64,000 bases of DNA from an uncultured bacterium (GTDB taxonomy: Bacteria > CSSED10-310 > CALFER01): contig CAYYMM010000002.1 of the NCBI GenBank assembly GCA_964472395.1, positions 48,150 through 112,149 on the forward strand. The letters are read 5' to 3'. The notes under the pieces were generated by a model. It saw only the letters and a list, made by a program, of their open reading frames with translations. It had not been told where the DNA came from and searched no databases. Positions 1-9,492 of the stretch are shown here, piece by piece. Position 1 is the first letter of the stretch. Each line of letters starts with the position of its first letter. Both the position numbers and the translations under genes were made by a program.

Positions 1-1
1 A

Positions 2-820
2 GCTTATGATGGCAGCACGCTGACAGCCACGAACAGCGTTGAGATGCTCGATATCGCCAATCTGTCGGCTGGTTGGGTCTCACGATCCGATCTGCCGTTC
101 ATCATCGGCGAGGGTCAGGGCTTTCATGTCCCCTATGGCCCGGGCATCCCGGCCTCGTTCCTGCGGAAAGTCGCGATCGCAGGCGGAGGGCAATGGCCCG
201 ATCAATCCTCCGAAGCCCTGCTCGGAGATCTGCCGACGGATATCTGGAACGCCGGATTCCCGGACCTGAACGAAGCCCGGCGCAATCATGCCGGTGTGTT
301 CATCCCCCTGACGACCGATGCCCCCGACGACGGTCTGCCGGGTTTCTGGGTGTTCGGCGGCAGAACGGTGTCGGATGATCCTCCATACGGCTCACCGGAG
401 TATTATTCCGTTCCGTGGATTCCGACGCCCACACCGTCCGCCGCTCCGACACCAACGCCATCCGTCTGCACGGAACTGGGCTGCCAGATCAAAATGCCTT
501 CCAATCTGTTCAATGCCGGCGATCTCTGTTCCTGCACCCTGACCATCTGCAATCCCTCGTCCACCACCTATCCCCAGGTGCCTGTTTTCGCGATTCTGGA
601 TGTGTACGGCCTGTATTTCTTCGCCCCGGATTTCTCGAACTTCAATCATTATACGCTCGATATCACACCTGGTGAGCAGGAGGTCGAAGTGCTTCCGGAT
701 TTTACCTGGCCGGAAAATGCCGGTGCCGCCTCGGGAATTCTGTGGTATGCTGCCATGACGAACGCAGATATCACGGACCTGTTCGGAGTACTGGGGCAAT
801 TTGAATTCGGCTGGGAATAA
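2..820 (+). CDS. C-terminal part of a secreted/surface protein (5' end outside window) with a Pro/Thr linker and a conserved ~115-aa C-terminal domain
   Basis: Frame is open from position 2 (AYDGSTLTATNSVEM...). PTPTPSAAPTPTPS linker at about 422-463. The C-terminal domain (467-820) matches the C-terminus of the protease at 27133-29187. Confidence 0.85.
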   Translation, partial: AYDGSTLTATNSVEMLDIANLSAGWVSRSDLPFIIGEGQGFHVPYGPGIPASFLRKVAIAGGGQWPDQSSEALLGDLPTDIWNAGFPDLNEARRNHAGVFIPLTTDAPDDGLPGFWVFGGRTVSDDPPYGSPEYYSVPWIPTPTPSAAPTPTPSVCTELGCQIKMPSNLFNAGDLCSCTLTICNPSSTTYPQVPVFAILDVYGLYFFAPDFSNFNHYTLDITPGEQEVEVLPDFTWPENAGAASGILWYAAMTNADITDLFGVLGQFEFGWE

Positions 821-2114
821 CAGAGCAACATCGATCATCGCGTGGGCGCTGTACGATTGGGGGAACTCTGCTTTTGCGACAACGGTCATGGCGGCGTTCT
901 TCCCGATCATGCTCAAACAATACTGGGATGCGGGGTCGGACACGGCCCTGAGCACCGCCCGGCTGGGCGTCACCAACGCTCTTGCCGGCCTTCTGCTCGC
1001 GCTGACAGCGCCGCTGCTCGGAGCGATTGCGGATCATGGCTCCTCCCGAAAACGTTTCCTCGGTTTTTTCGCTTTTTCAGGCGCTGCCGCCACAGCCTCA
1101 CTCGCGTTCATCCCCTCACACCGCTGGGATCTCGCACTCCCCCTCTTCGCCGCCGGCCTCTTCGGCTACTCGGCCGCCAATATCTTCTACGACGCACTCC
1201 TCACCATCGTGTCGCCTCGGGATCGCGTCCATGCCGTGTCCGCGCTGGGATACTCGCTCGGATACCTGGGCGGTGGTCTCCTGTTCGCGCTCAATGTCTG
1301 GATGACGCTGGATCCGTCCCGGTTCGGTCTTGCATCGACGAGTGCCGCCGCACTTACCTCCTTCCTGATCGCCGGAATCTGGTGGGCTGCCTTCACTCTG
1401 CCCTTGCTGATGCTGACGACGGAGCCCCGTCCGACCGGAGTTCACAGTCCTGCCTCGATCCGCATGGGACTTCGCCGTTTACGGGACACATTCCGTGAAA
1501 TCCGGGCGTTGAAACCGATCTGGCTGTTCCTGCTCGCCTACTGGTTCTACATCGATGGTGTGGATACGATCATCAAGATGGCGGTGGATTACGGTGTGGC
1601 GATCGGGCTGGATAGTTCGGGGCTGCTCAGAGCGCTCATCATCACCCAGTTCATCGGGTTTCCGTCGGCTCTTGTGTTCGGGTGGGCCGGTGAGCGCATC
1701 GGGGCGCGCAACGGGATATTCATCGCCCTCGCAGGGTATCTCGCGGTCTCGATCTACGCCGGTTTCATTTCGACCGGTTTCGAGTTTTATCTGCTGGCTG
1801 CGGTGATCGGGCTGATCCAGGGAGGCGTTCAATCTCTGAGTCGCTCGATGTTCAGCCGCATGATCCCGCCGGAGAAATGCGCGGAGTACTTCGGGTTTTA
1901 CAACATGCTGGGCAAATTCGCGGCGGTCGCGGGGCCGGCGATCATCGGTTTGACGGCGTATACTCTAAGCCGTCTGGGGACGTCTCCCGGGATCGCTTCC
2001 CGCCTGAGCATCGTGTCGGTGGCGATCCTGTTCGTGATTGGCGGTTCTATTTTATTCCGCGTGCCGGTTTCACCAGAATCACACGGTGTTCCAGCCGCTC
2101 CGACTCGCTCCTGA
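801..2114 (+). CDS. MFS transporter, UMF1/ATG22-like family
   Basis: About 12 hydrophobic segments, N-terminal WALYDWGNSAF and central YWFYIDGVDT motifs. TTG start; exact start uncertain. Confidence 0.85.
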   Translation: MNSAGNNRATSIIAWALYDWGNSAFATTVMAAFFPIMLKQYWDAGSDTALSTARLGVTNALAGLLLALTAPLLGAIADHGSSRKRFLGFFAFSGAAATASLAFIPSHRWDLALPLFAAGLFGYSAANIFYDALLTIVSPRDRVHAVSALGYSLGYLGGGLLFALNVWMTLDPSRFGLASTSAAALTSFLIAGIWWAAFTLPLLMLTTEPRPTGVHSPASIRMGLRRLRDTFREIRALKPIWLFLLAYWFYIDGVDTIIKMAVDYGVAIGLDSSGLLRALIITQFIGFPSALVFGWAGERIGARNGIFIALAGYLAVSIYAGFISTGFEFYLLAAVIGLIQGGVQSLSRSMFSRMIPPEKCAEYFGFYNMLGKFAAVAGPAIIGLTAYTLSRLGTSPGIASRLSIVSVAILFVIGGSILFRVPVSPESHGVPAAPTRS

Positions 2115-3996
2115 TCCGCCTGATTTCACGATATCCGGCCGGATCGATATCCACGGCCGCCCACCGGACCATTTCATCGTGACGGTACACATGCCCGTTC
2201 ATCCGTGTCCGGATCTGCCAGCTTGCATGTTTGAACCGCGCATCGGCATTCTTCGGTGTCTGGAGGATATCGAGGGTCTCCGGAAGCGTCACCGACACCG
2301 AGACGGTTTCCCGTGCCGTCGAATCCAGCCGCATCGGCAGCATTCGCTCGGGCATCGAGGTCAGCACGGGGATGCGCGCAAACGGCAGCCGGAACACCGG
2401 AATCTCGATGACCGACAGATCGCCCATTTCCGGACAGATCCGGCCTCCTGAAAACGCAATGCGGATCCTGGGAGACTCCGTCATGTCATTCCAATCCGAT
2501 TCGGTTACCGTTCCGATGATCGCTCCGGGAATGCACTGGACCAACTGCCGTTCATAGGCCCGATACCGCTCTTCCGGCGACAGATCCCGGTTCTCCTCCC
2601 GGGCCCAGTATGAAAAATACCCCTCTCCCATCCAGGTGATTTCGCCGGATATCCGGCCGGTTTCATCCAGCACCAGATTCATCTCGAGTTTACTTTGCGA
2701 CGCTTCGGGCGGGAGCACGGGAATCGATTCGATTGCATGCCGGTTCTGACCGATCCGAAGGGCTTTCCGGCCCGCCGAGGCGATAAAGAAACCGAACGGG
2801 AGATTATCCAGGCCGGGATCCAGCCAGTATCGGCGTTTTGCGGTGAGTTCCACGATACATCCCGCAGAATCGAACTGTTCGATTGAAGGCACACTCGGCT
2901 CGATGATGAGCGAATCGCGGTTGAACAGAACCAGTTCCGCTGCGATTCCGGCCGCGCGGTAGAGCGCCATCAGCAGGACCGTTTTATCCCGGGTATCCCC
3001 GAAACGCCGTTCCAGTGTCTGGGCAGGGGGAGTCGGATCATATCCTGCCAATTGCACAGGAATCTCGATCATCCGGATGTTTTCACTCACCCAGTAATAG
3101 ATCGCTGCGGCGCGTTCGATGTCCGTTACGCACCCCGCGGTGATCACACCGAGCAACTCACGGGTGTCGAACGGCGCTTCGACGGCTCGCATAAAGCGGC
3201 TCCGGAGCCACCCTGCGGCGGATGTCCAATCCCGGGCGCATGAATACTGGAGTCTCGGAACCACATTCTGTTCCGGTGCGCTGCCCCATTCGCTCCGGAC
3301 CATCGCCGTGTCCTCGCGACTCCAGGCATACTCGATCACCCGCCCCTTCGAGACGGAGGGGGTTTCGAGATTCCCCGCGATGGCATAGGTGAACGGCACG
3401 GAAGCCGGGATGTGGATCCTGAGATCCTCCCGGAGCACGGGAATGGCATCCTGAAAAATGTGATGCCCGCTCAATGGACGCTCGTCGGCGGGATACGTTG
3501 CCGACATCTTCACCTTGTAGTGGATGATCGTTCCGGGTTCGACGCCGGAAAACGACACGATGCGTTGCCGGATCGCACCGTACACGGCCGCATCCATGAG
3601 CCATGGCGGGATGATCTCATTGTCCGCCCCGTCCATCAGAGGCATCAGGCGTCCGTCCGGCGTCTGGGTTTCCGCCGACAGCAGTTCGACGGTCTCGAAG
3701 CGCTGATCGAACAGCACTTTCAGATCCCCATAGAGATTCTTCCCGTTACCCGTCAGAATTTTCATCCAGACTTCCTGAACCGTCACCCGGCTCCGGTCGT
3801 TCGGAATATCGACGTCGGTGTCTCTCGACAGGATGACCGCATCGGCATCCTCCAGGAGCACCGGATCAACCGGATCCGTTGCACGCAACACCGGCACCGT
3901 TTCGGAAATGACCCGTTCCTGGGCTAGGAGTGGCCACGCAACGACCAGTGCGGCAACCAGCGCGGCAACCATAACGCTCGTTCGGATCGTTCGCAT
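2047..3996 (-). CDS. Secreted DUF3857 + transglutaminase-like protein, catalytic residues apparently lost
   Basis: Signal peptide. SGVEPGTIIHY DUF3857-like motif. GDTRDK and FDSAG occupy the positions of GxCKDK and FNHAI in the neighbouring paralog. Confidence 0.8.
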   Translation of the reverse strand: MRTIRTSVMVAALVAALVVAWPLLAQERVISETVPVLRATDPVDPVLLEDADAVILSRDTDVDIPNDRSRVTVQEVWMKILTGNGKNLYGDLKVLFDQRFETVELLSAETQTPDGRLMPLMDGADNEIIPPWLMDAAVYGAIRQRIVSFSGVEPGTIIHYKVKMSATYPADERPLSGHHIFQDAIPVLREDLRIHIPASVPFTYAIAGNLETPSVSKGRVIEYAWSREDTAMVRSEWGSAPEQNVVPRLQYSCARDWTSAAGWLRSRFMRAVEAPFDTRELLGVITAGCVTDIERAAAIYYWVSENIRMIEIPVQLAGYDPTPPAQTLERRFGDTRDKTVLLMALYRAAGIAAELVLFNRDSLIIEPSVPSIEQFDSAGCIVELTAKRRYWLDPGLDNLPFGFFIASAGRKALRIGQNRHAIESIPVLPPEASQSKLEMNLVLDETGRISGEITWMGEGYFSYWAREENRDLSPEERYRAYERQLVQCIPGAIIGTVTESDWNDMTESPRIRIAFSGGRICPEMGDLSVIEIPVFRLPFARIPVLTSMPERMLPMRLDSTARETVSVSVTLPETLDILQTPKNADARFKHASWQIRTRMNGHVYRHDEMVRWAAVDIDPAGYREIRRIRSESERLEHRVILVKPARGIK

Positions 3997-3999
3997 GAC

Positions 4000-6057
4000 C
4001 TATCTCCCTTTCTTCTGCAGGATAACAAACGCCTTGTCTTCCACCCGCATGTCGGACACGACGGATCGAAACGCCTCGAACTCCTCCGCCAGAACGCGCG
4101 GCGATCGGCACTCGAACGTCTGCTCGAACCGGATCGTCTGGTCGGAATCGTGTGTATGCGTGCGAGTGAACACCAGATTCGCCCGTGACATACTGACCGG
4201 TTTCGGCAGCGACTGCACCGTCATGCCTCGCGGCAGCCGGACCGTTTCGGACACGGTCATTTTCCATGTCGATCCGAGATCCGCCGGCCAGTGCCGTTGG
4301 GATTGCGATGCGCATTCGACGACCCGCTCGAACTGGTCATCCAGGAAATTCCGTGAACTCGGGACCTTGAAAAGATTACTCCCGCCGAGTCGGATCAGGA
4401 AGTCCGGCGCATGGTAGCGCAGAGTGAAGGTGAGGGGAATCGTGAGATCGTCCATGGATTCCGGGGCGACGTCGATGCCATCGAGCACGGCGCCGGGCGA
4501 TACGGACTGCAGCAGCATGTTGAACCACTGGTCGTGCTCGGCTTCAGGAATATAGTACAGTGCGCTCCGGAATGACGAGTCGGCCTGCCCGATCCCTTCG
4601 AACCGGATCGTTCCCGTCAGGTTCCCCTGTGCATCGATTGTGGATTCTGCGGTGATCGTCGCCGCGTTACGGTCGGGCGGCAAGATCGGGATCCGGTCGA
4701 ACGGGTGGCCTTCCTTCGAGATTCTTAAAACACCCGTACCGCCACTCGTGGCAGGAAGCATCTCCTTTTCGAGATCGGTGGTGACATCGAGATACCGGAA
4801 CGAATCGGATCCGGGCAGTTTGACGGAGACGATCGCGTGGTTGAACTGATCCACCGCGGCCTCGCCGAACACCCTCCGTTCCGGATTGTTCAGCGTGTAA
4901 TAGGCATCGATTCCGATGATCCGGAGCATGGCCGTCAGGAGCCCTGCTTTGTCCTTGCAGACACCGGCGTTATTGGCAAACGTCCTCGTGACCGGATCGG
5001 GATTCACGCCGGGCCGATCGCCGTAGGTGACCCCGAGATACCGGACGCTGCGCGTCACGTAGCGGAACAGGGCCGCCATCTGCGCCTCCGGATCCGTGAT
5101 CCCTTCGGTCAACTCGGCGACCTTCGCACGGATCGCGTCGTCCGGCACCAGGAACGGTTCGATCAGAACGGATTCGCGCCGTGAGAACTCCTCCCAGGTT
5201 TCGGTGCTGACCAGAAGCGACGTCCGGACTTCTTCGATATGAACCATCCCGGGTTCCACGCGGATCACCGGAAGATTCCGACCGACCCACATCCAGTCCG
5301 TCCAGGCATCACCCGGTTCGCGTGAAAAGGCGACGCGCCCTTCCGGGTCGTTGACGACTGCCCAATGGAGATTGATCTGAGCCGGCGCGCGCAGCCGACA
5401 GGAAGCCTCGACGATCGGATCCGTGCCGTTGAAGCCCTGGCCCCAATGCAACGCGCCCGGCGATCGCGTACTGATCGCGCAGTTTTCGTAGGTATAGGAG
5501 ATGATCGCACCGGGTTCGAGGCCCGGGAAGTTGATGATCTTGCTCCGCCAGATCGGCTCGAAAATGTTGACATAGGCGTCCTCGGAATTGCTTTCGTCCA
5601 GGATATCCTCCTGAGGAATCGAGGTGATCGTGCCATCCGGTGCGATCACGTAGGCTTCCAGGATCCGGGTGCGGTCGTAGGGCAGATCATAGGAAGCCGA
5701 CACCGTGCCGTATGATTCACAGCCCTTGCGGGTAAGCACCAGAACCGCTTCCTGTTGGATGAGGTGGTAGAAACCGTCCGAATCGAATGCCGTGCGGTCG
5801 CGGACCAGCAGGCGGATCGCGTGTGTATCCGGGCCGGGGCCGGATGCGAGAGCGGTTTGGGCGAGCGCCCGGATCTCGTCCGGCGTTGCGAGGGCGTCGA
5901 GTGGAACCGGGAGCGCTTCGGAGCGTTCGAGGGCGGCGGCTTCGGGACTTCCGGGTTCGATTTTGTCCCAGGGCGGAGGGTCGGCAAGGCTGCCTGCGGG
6001 GAGCAGGGCGGCGAGGAGGATGAGGGTGATCAGCGCAAAGATGACTCGATTGGGCAT
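4000..6057 (-). CDS. Secreted DUF3857 + transglutaminase-like protein with intact Cys-His-Asp triad
   Basis: Start reassigned to the ATG at 6057 (MPNRVIFALITLILL signal peptide). Motifs FPGLEPGAIISY, GVCKDKA, FNHAIV, YLD. Confidence 0.85.
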   Translation of the reverse strand: MPNRVIFALITLILLAALLPAGSLADPPPWDKIEPGSPEAAALERSEALPVPLDALATPDEIRALAQTALASGPGPDTHAIRLLVRDRTAFDSDGFYHLIQQEAVLVLTRKGCESYGTVSASYDLPYDRTRILEAYVIAPDGTITSIPQEDILDESNSEDAYVNIFEPIWRSKIINFPGLEPGAIISYTYENCAISTRSPGALHWGQGFNGTDPIVEASCRLRAPAQINLHWAVVNDPEGRVAFSREPGDAWTDWMWVGRNLPVIRVEPGMVHIEEVRTSLLVSTETWEEFSRRESVLIEPFLVPDDAIRAKVAELTEGITDPEAQMAALFRYVTRSVRYLGVTYGDRPGVNPDPVTRTFANNAGVCKDKAGLLTAMLRIIGIDAYYTLNNPERRVFGEAAVDQFNHAIVSVKLPGSDSFRYLDVTTDLEKEMLPATSGGTGVLRISKEGHPFDRIPILPPDRNAATITAESTIDAQGNLTGTIRFEGIGQADSSFRSALYYIPEAEHDQWFNMLLQSVSPGAVLDGIDVAPESMDDLTIPLTFTLRYHAPDFLIRLGGSNLFKVPSSRNFLDDQFERVVECASQSQRHWPADLGSTWKMTVSETVRLPRGMTVQSLPKPVSMSRANLVFTRTHTHDSDQTIRFEQTFECRSPRVLAEEFEAFRSVVSDMRVEDKAFVILQKKGR

Positions 6058-6330
6058 GACGAGAGTCCTTTCCTTGGGTCCGGACGCAGCATCCGGAGGT
6101 CGAATGAACCGGAGTGTAGAACAAATCGGCGCGTACGGGAAGAGTCCGTAGTGCGGATCAAGGGAGCATGAGCGACTGATCCTTTCCGGTTCCATTCCTG
6201 CCGGAAAATGGTCGGGTAAAAGTGATGGATGGTGAATCGATCGACTGTTGCAGTCTGGATGGAGTCTCACCGTTTTACTTTATGATTGGAGGATCGCGGG
6301 GAATGCAATTACGCTAGATCTCTGCCTCCT

Positions 6331-6364
6331 CGTTGTCGTTGTCGTTGTCGTAATCGTTTTCGAT
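6331..6364. repeat. Hexamer tandem repeat (CGTTGT)3 CGTAAT CGTTTT
   Basis: Read directly. Reverse complement of the array at 6539-6599. Confidence 0.9.
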
Positions 6365-6538
6365 GCCACCGTATGTCTCCGAAACATCGCGCATTTCATG
6401 ATTCACCTCACCCGGTCTCGTCAGCATCGAAACAAGTCGGATCACAATGCTGCGTCGCGAGTGATCTCAACGAAGCGAAAGATTGACAGTGAGCCGGGAG
6501 GAATCAAGCTGGTTGTGGGCAGATCGCATAGTTTCTTT

Positions 6539-6599
6539 CGATTACGATTACGATTACGACAACGACAACGATTGCGACAACGATCAGGGCAACGGCAAC
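6539..6599. repeat. Hexamer tandem repeat of CGATTA/CGACAA units
   Basis: cgatta x3, cgacaa x2, cgattg, cgacaa, cgatca, then degenerate units. Positions 6550-6571 are a perfect 22-bp inverted copy of 6336-6357. Confidence 0.9.
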
Positions 6600-6609
6600 C
6601 GTTCCGCTG

Positions 6610-6663
6610 GCGCTCCATCCTAGCCACGCGCCCGACCGCTAGCTCCAACCGCTTATTGGCCGG
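6610..6663 (-). mobile_element. Possible truncated integron attC-like site
   Basis: Minus strand GCCAATAAGCGGTTGGAGCTAGCGGTCGGGCGCGTGGCTAGGATGGAGCGCC contains the stop codon of the upstream small gene and resembles the left half of an attC. The complementary right arm and GTTRRRY are absent. Confidence 0.35.
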
Positions 6664-7057
6664 CCTCGTTCGCTCCCATGGAAGCACTCCGTCCGCAGAT
6701 CAGTGCGTGAACTGCCGCGAGACCGGGAAGAACGAGGAACGCAGCAGAGACCGCGAGCACCCTCCATGAAGGACGATCGGAGATACCATTTGCCACGACG
6801 ATCCCCACGAGTGTGGAGACTGGCGCGGCCAGGCAGAGAGCGGCACCGACACGGTGACCAGAAGGCAGCACATTCGCGACGAAGGCCGCCAGAGCCAGCA
6901 CGACCCCACCACCGAGAGCCGGGAACATGAGCGGTTCAAGTGCCCACCAAGCGCTGTCCCTTGGGGCGAATTCCGAAGGAGGCGCTCCGACGCCCAAGAC
7001 GACTGCCAGTATAAGAGCCAGGAGGCTCCCCAACACCACCTGAGATCGTTGCCTCAT
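6653..7057 (-). CDS. Small integral membrane hypothetical protein (about 4 TM segments)
   Basis: 134-aa ORF with alternating hydrophobic helices. Start at ATG 7057 preferred. Confidence 0.65.
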   Translation of the reverse strand: MRQRSQVVLGSLLALILAVVLGVGAPPSEFAPRDSAWWALEPLMFPALGGGVVLALAAFVANVLPSGHRVGAALCLAAPVSTLVGIVVANGISDRPSWRVLAVSAAFLVLPGLAAVHALICGRSASMGANEAGQ

Positions 7058-7476
7058 CCGGCTCCGTTCACAACTGACACCCACGATCTCTCCTCCGTCG
7101 TCCGAGTCTGTCGCACCTCACGGGGTCCGACCAACAATGTGATTCAACTGTTTTCTACTCATCTGCTGTATCAAATCATACCTTCACTGATTTGCAAGAA
7201 AAAACTGCGTATCCTTTGCCAGCTATCTTTCCAGTTTCGATCGAGAGAAATTTTATCAATATCCTGCGAAAGTTATCCCCGAAGACATCGCCAGCATCTT
7301 CTCACACCGCATTGCGTCACCACAGCAAAAACCGGCATCCTGACTGATTCAATCCCGGCCTTCGAATCCAAACACGATCACCCCCCTCTTTTGTTTTGAT
7401 TCGAAATCAGATAGATAATACCGGATTCGAGTCTCGGTTCGCGTCCCCACCCATCTTATTCCAGGAGTCGATTCTC

Positions 7477-8106
7477 ATGAAACTGAATGTCGTCCGATCA
7501 ATGTATGACTGGGTCCTGAAATGGGCGGAAAAACCCTCCGCCGGTTACGCCCTGTTCGTCCTCGCCTTCGCCGAAAGCAGCTTCTTCCCTATCCCGCCCG
7601 ATGTCCTCCTCATCCCCCTCGTCCTGGGATACCGGAAAAAATGGTTCCATCTCGCCCTGCTCACGACCATCGCATCCGCCCTGGGCGGAATCTTCGGCTA
7701 CGGTATCGGCCACTGGCTCTGGTGGAGCGGCCATGCCAGCCAGATGCAGTTCAGCGGACTGGCCGAGTTCTTTTTCCGCGTCATTCCCGGCTTCTCGAAG
7801 GAAGTCTTCGAACAGATGCGCGTGAAATACGAGCTGTACAACTTCTGGATCGTCTTCACCGCCGGTTTCACCCCGATCCCCTATAAACTGATCACCATCT
7901 CCGCCGGAGCATTCAACGTCGATTTCATCATCTTCTGCATCGCCTCGATCATCTCCCGCGGCGCCCGTTTCTTTATGCTCGCCGCCTTGATCCGCATCTT
8001 CGGCGAACCGATCCGCACATTCATCGACAAATACTTCAACCTCCTTGCGGTCCTCTTCACCATCCTGCTCATCGGCGGATTCATTGTCCTGAAACATTTC
8101 ATGTAA
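7477..8106 (+). CDS. YqaA/DedA (VTT-domain) family membrane protein
   Basis: LAFAESSFFPIPPDVLLIP and FTPIPYK motifs. Start at ATG 7477. Confidence 0.9.
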   Translation: MKLNVVRSMYDWVLKWAEKPSAGYALFVLAFAESSFFPIPPDVLLIPLVLGYRKKWFHLALLTTIASALGGIFGYGIGHWLWWSGHASQMQFSGLAEFFFRVIPGFSKEVFEQMRVKYELYNFWIVFTAGFTPIPYKLITISAGAFNVDFIIFCIASIISRGARFFMLAALIRIFGEPIRTFIDKYFNLLAVLFTILLIGGFIVLKHFM

Positions 8107-8118
8107 GGGAGTCACCCC

Positions 8119-9492
8119 ATGAAACCCTCCTGCCTGCTTATCACAACGCTGCTGCTGCTCGCCGGCCTCCCGCCGGGATCCGCAACGGTCGATCTGAATG
8201 TCAGCGAACATATCCTGCAAAACGGGATGCGCGTCCTGACAGTCGAACGCCATTCCGTCCCGGTAGTCTCGTTCGCGCTGTACTATCGCGTCGGCGCGAT
8301 CGACGATCCGCCGGGGAAAAAAGGCATGGCTCACTACTGCGAACACATGCTGTTCAAATCGACGAAAAATCTGGAAGGCGAATCCTACGCGAAACTCGTC
8401 GGAGCAGTTGCCGGAGGCCACAGCAACGCCAACACGACAACAGACCGCACCTGCTACCACGCGACGATCCCCCCGGATCGCCTGGAACTGATCATTCGTC
8501 TCGAAGCGGAACGCATGGCGAACCTCGAACCGACTCGCGAGGAAGCCGCAACGGAACTCGAAGTCGTCAAGGAAGAACTCAGACAGGGCTACATGGATGA
8601 CCCCATGGGACGGTTGCGACGACTGTTCCACGAAAATCTCTTTGCAATCCACCCCTACGGCGTGCTCACGATCGGCCTGCTGGACGATCTTAATACGATC
8701 TCATACGAAGACCTGATGGCTTTTTATCACCGATTCTATACTCCGGCCAACGCCATCGCGGTCATCGTCGGCGATTTCGAGACGACCGATGCGATCCCCC
8801 TGATGGAGCGCTTTTTCGGATCGATTCCAGCGGGGGAGCGGAACCCGAGACGCTATCCGGCGGAACCGCAGCAGACTCAGGAACGACGAACGGTTTTGGA
8901 ATTGCCTGTGCAACAGAGCGTCTACTACGCGGGTTACCAGGCAGTCTCCGGATCACACCCCGATGCGCTCGCCATCGAACTGCTGACGGTCGCCCTGTCA
9001 CGCGGCGGGTCAAGCCCGCTGGGACAACTCTCACAGGGACCCGACCCGGTCGCGATGTACGCCGCGGCCTACTTCCGGGGCCTTCTCGAACCGTACCCGA
9101 TCATCGTCACCGGAGCGCCTCTCCCGGGCGTGTCGACCGATATCCTGGAAACCCGCATCGACTCGGAACTCGAATCGATCGCCCGGAACGGATTGACGGA
9201 AGCGCAATTCCGGACGGCGCGCGCGCAACTGGAAGCAGCCGAAATCTATGAACTTCAGTCCTCTCTCGGCGTCGCCATCGGTCTGGGAGAAGCGGAGATG
9301 ACAGGCGCATGGCGGGATGCCATCACGCGTGCCGATCGACTCGCGACGGTGACCCGTGAGGATGTCTGCCGTGTCGCAAAAGAGTATCTCAGGCGCGACC
9401 GTCGCACCGTCGCCATCCTGAAACCTCAGCCGCCGGAATCGTCAGACATACCGGAATCCGGCGCATCGTCACCCGAGGGAGACGTCCGATGA
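8119..9492 (+). CDS. M16 (pitrilysin-like) zinc peptidase, catalytic subunit, exported
   Basis: Signal peptide. Inverted zinc motif AHYCEH, NANTTTDRTCY, E...V.EE. Confidence 0.92.
   Translation: MKPSCLLITTLLLLAGLPPGSATVDLNVSEHILQNGMRVLTVERHSVPVVSFALYYRVGAIDDPPGKKGMAHYCEHMLFKSTKNLEGESYAKLVGAVAGGHSNANTTTDRTCYHATIPPDRLELIIRLEAERMANLEPTREEAATELEVVKEELRQGYMDDPMGRLRRLFHENLFAIHPYGVLTIGLLDDLNTISYEDLMAFYHRFYTPANAIAVIVGDFETTDAIPLMERFFGSIPAGERNPRRYPAEPQQTQERRTVLELPVQQSVYYAGYQAVSGSHPDALAIELLTVALSRGGSSPLGQLSQGPDPVAMYAAAYFRGLLEPYPIIVTGAPLPGVSTDILETRIDSELESIARNGLTEAQFRTARAQLEAAEIYELQSSLGVAIGLGEAEMTGAWRDAITRADRLATVTREDVCRVAKEYLRRDRRTVAILKPQPPESSDIPESGASSPEGDVR

Noticed and set aside
6331-6599. Repeats considered as a CRISPR array
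   Set aside because: Units are 6 nt, tandem and inverted, with no repeat-spacer periodicity and no cas genes.
6248-6769. 173-aa ORF with poly-Val and RLRLRQRQ runs
   Set aside because: The low-complexity runs are translations of the hexamer repeats. No RBS or family signal.
7498-8652. 384-aa minus-strand ORF
   Set aside because: Antisense shadow of yqaA and the M16 gene, with no motifs. Typical of high-GC DNA.
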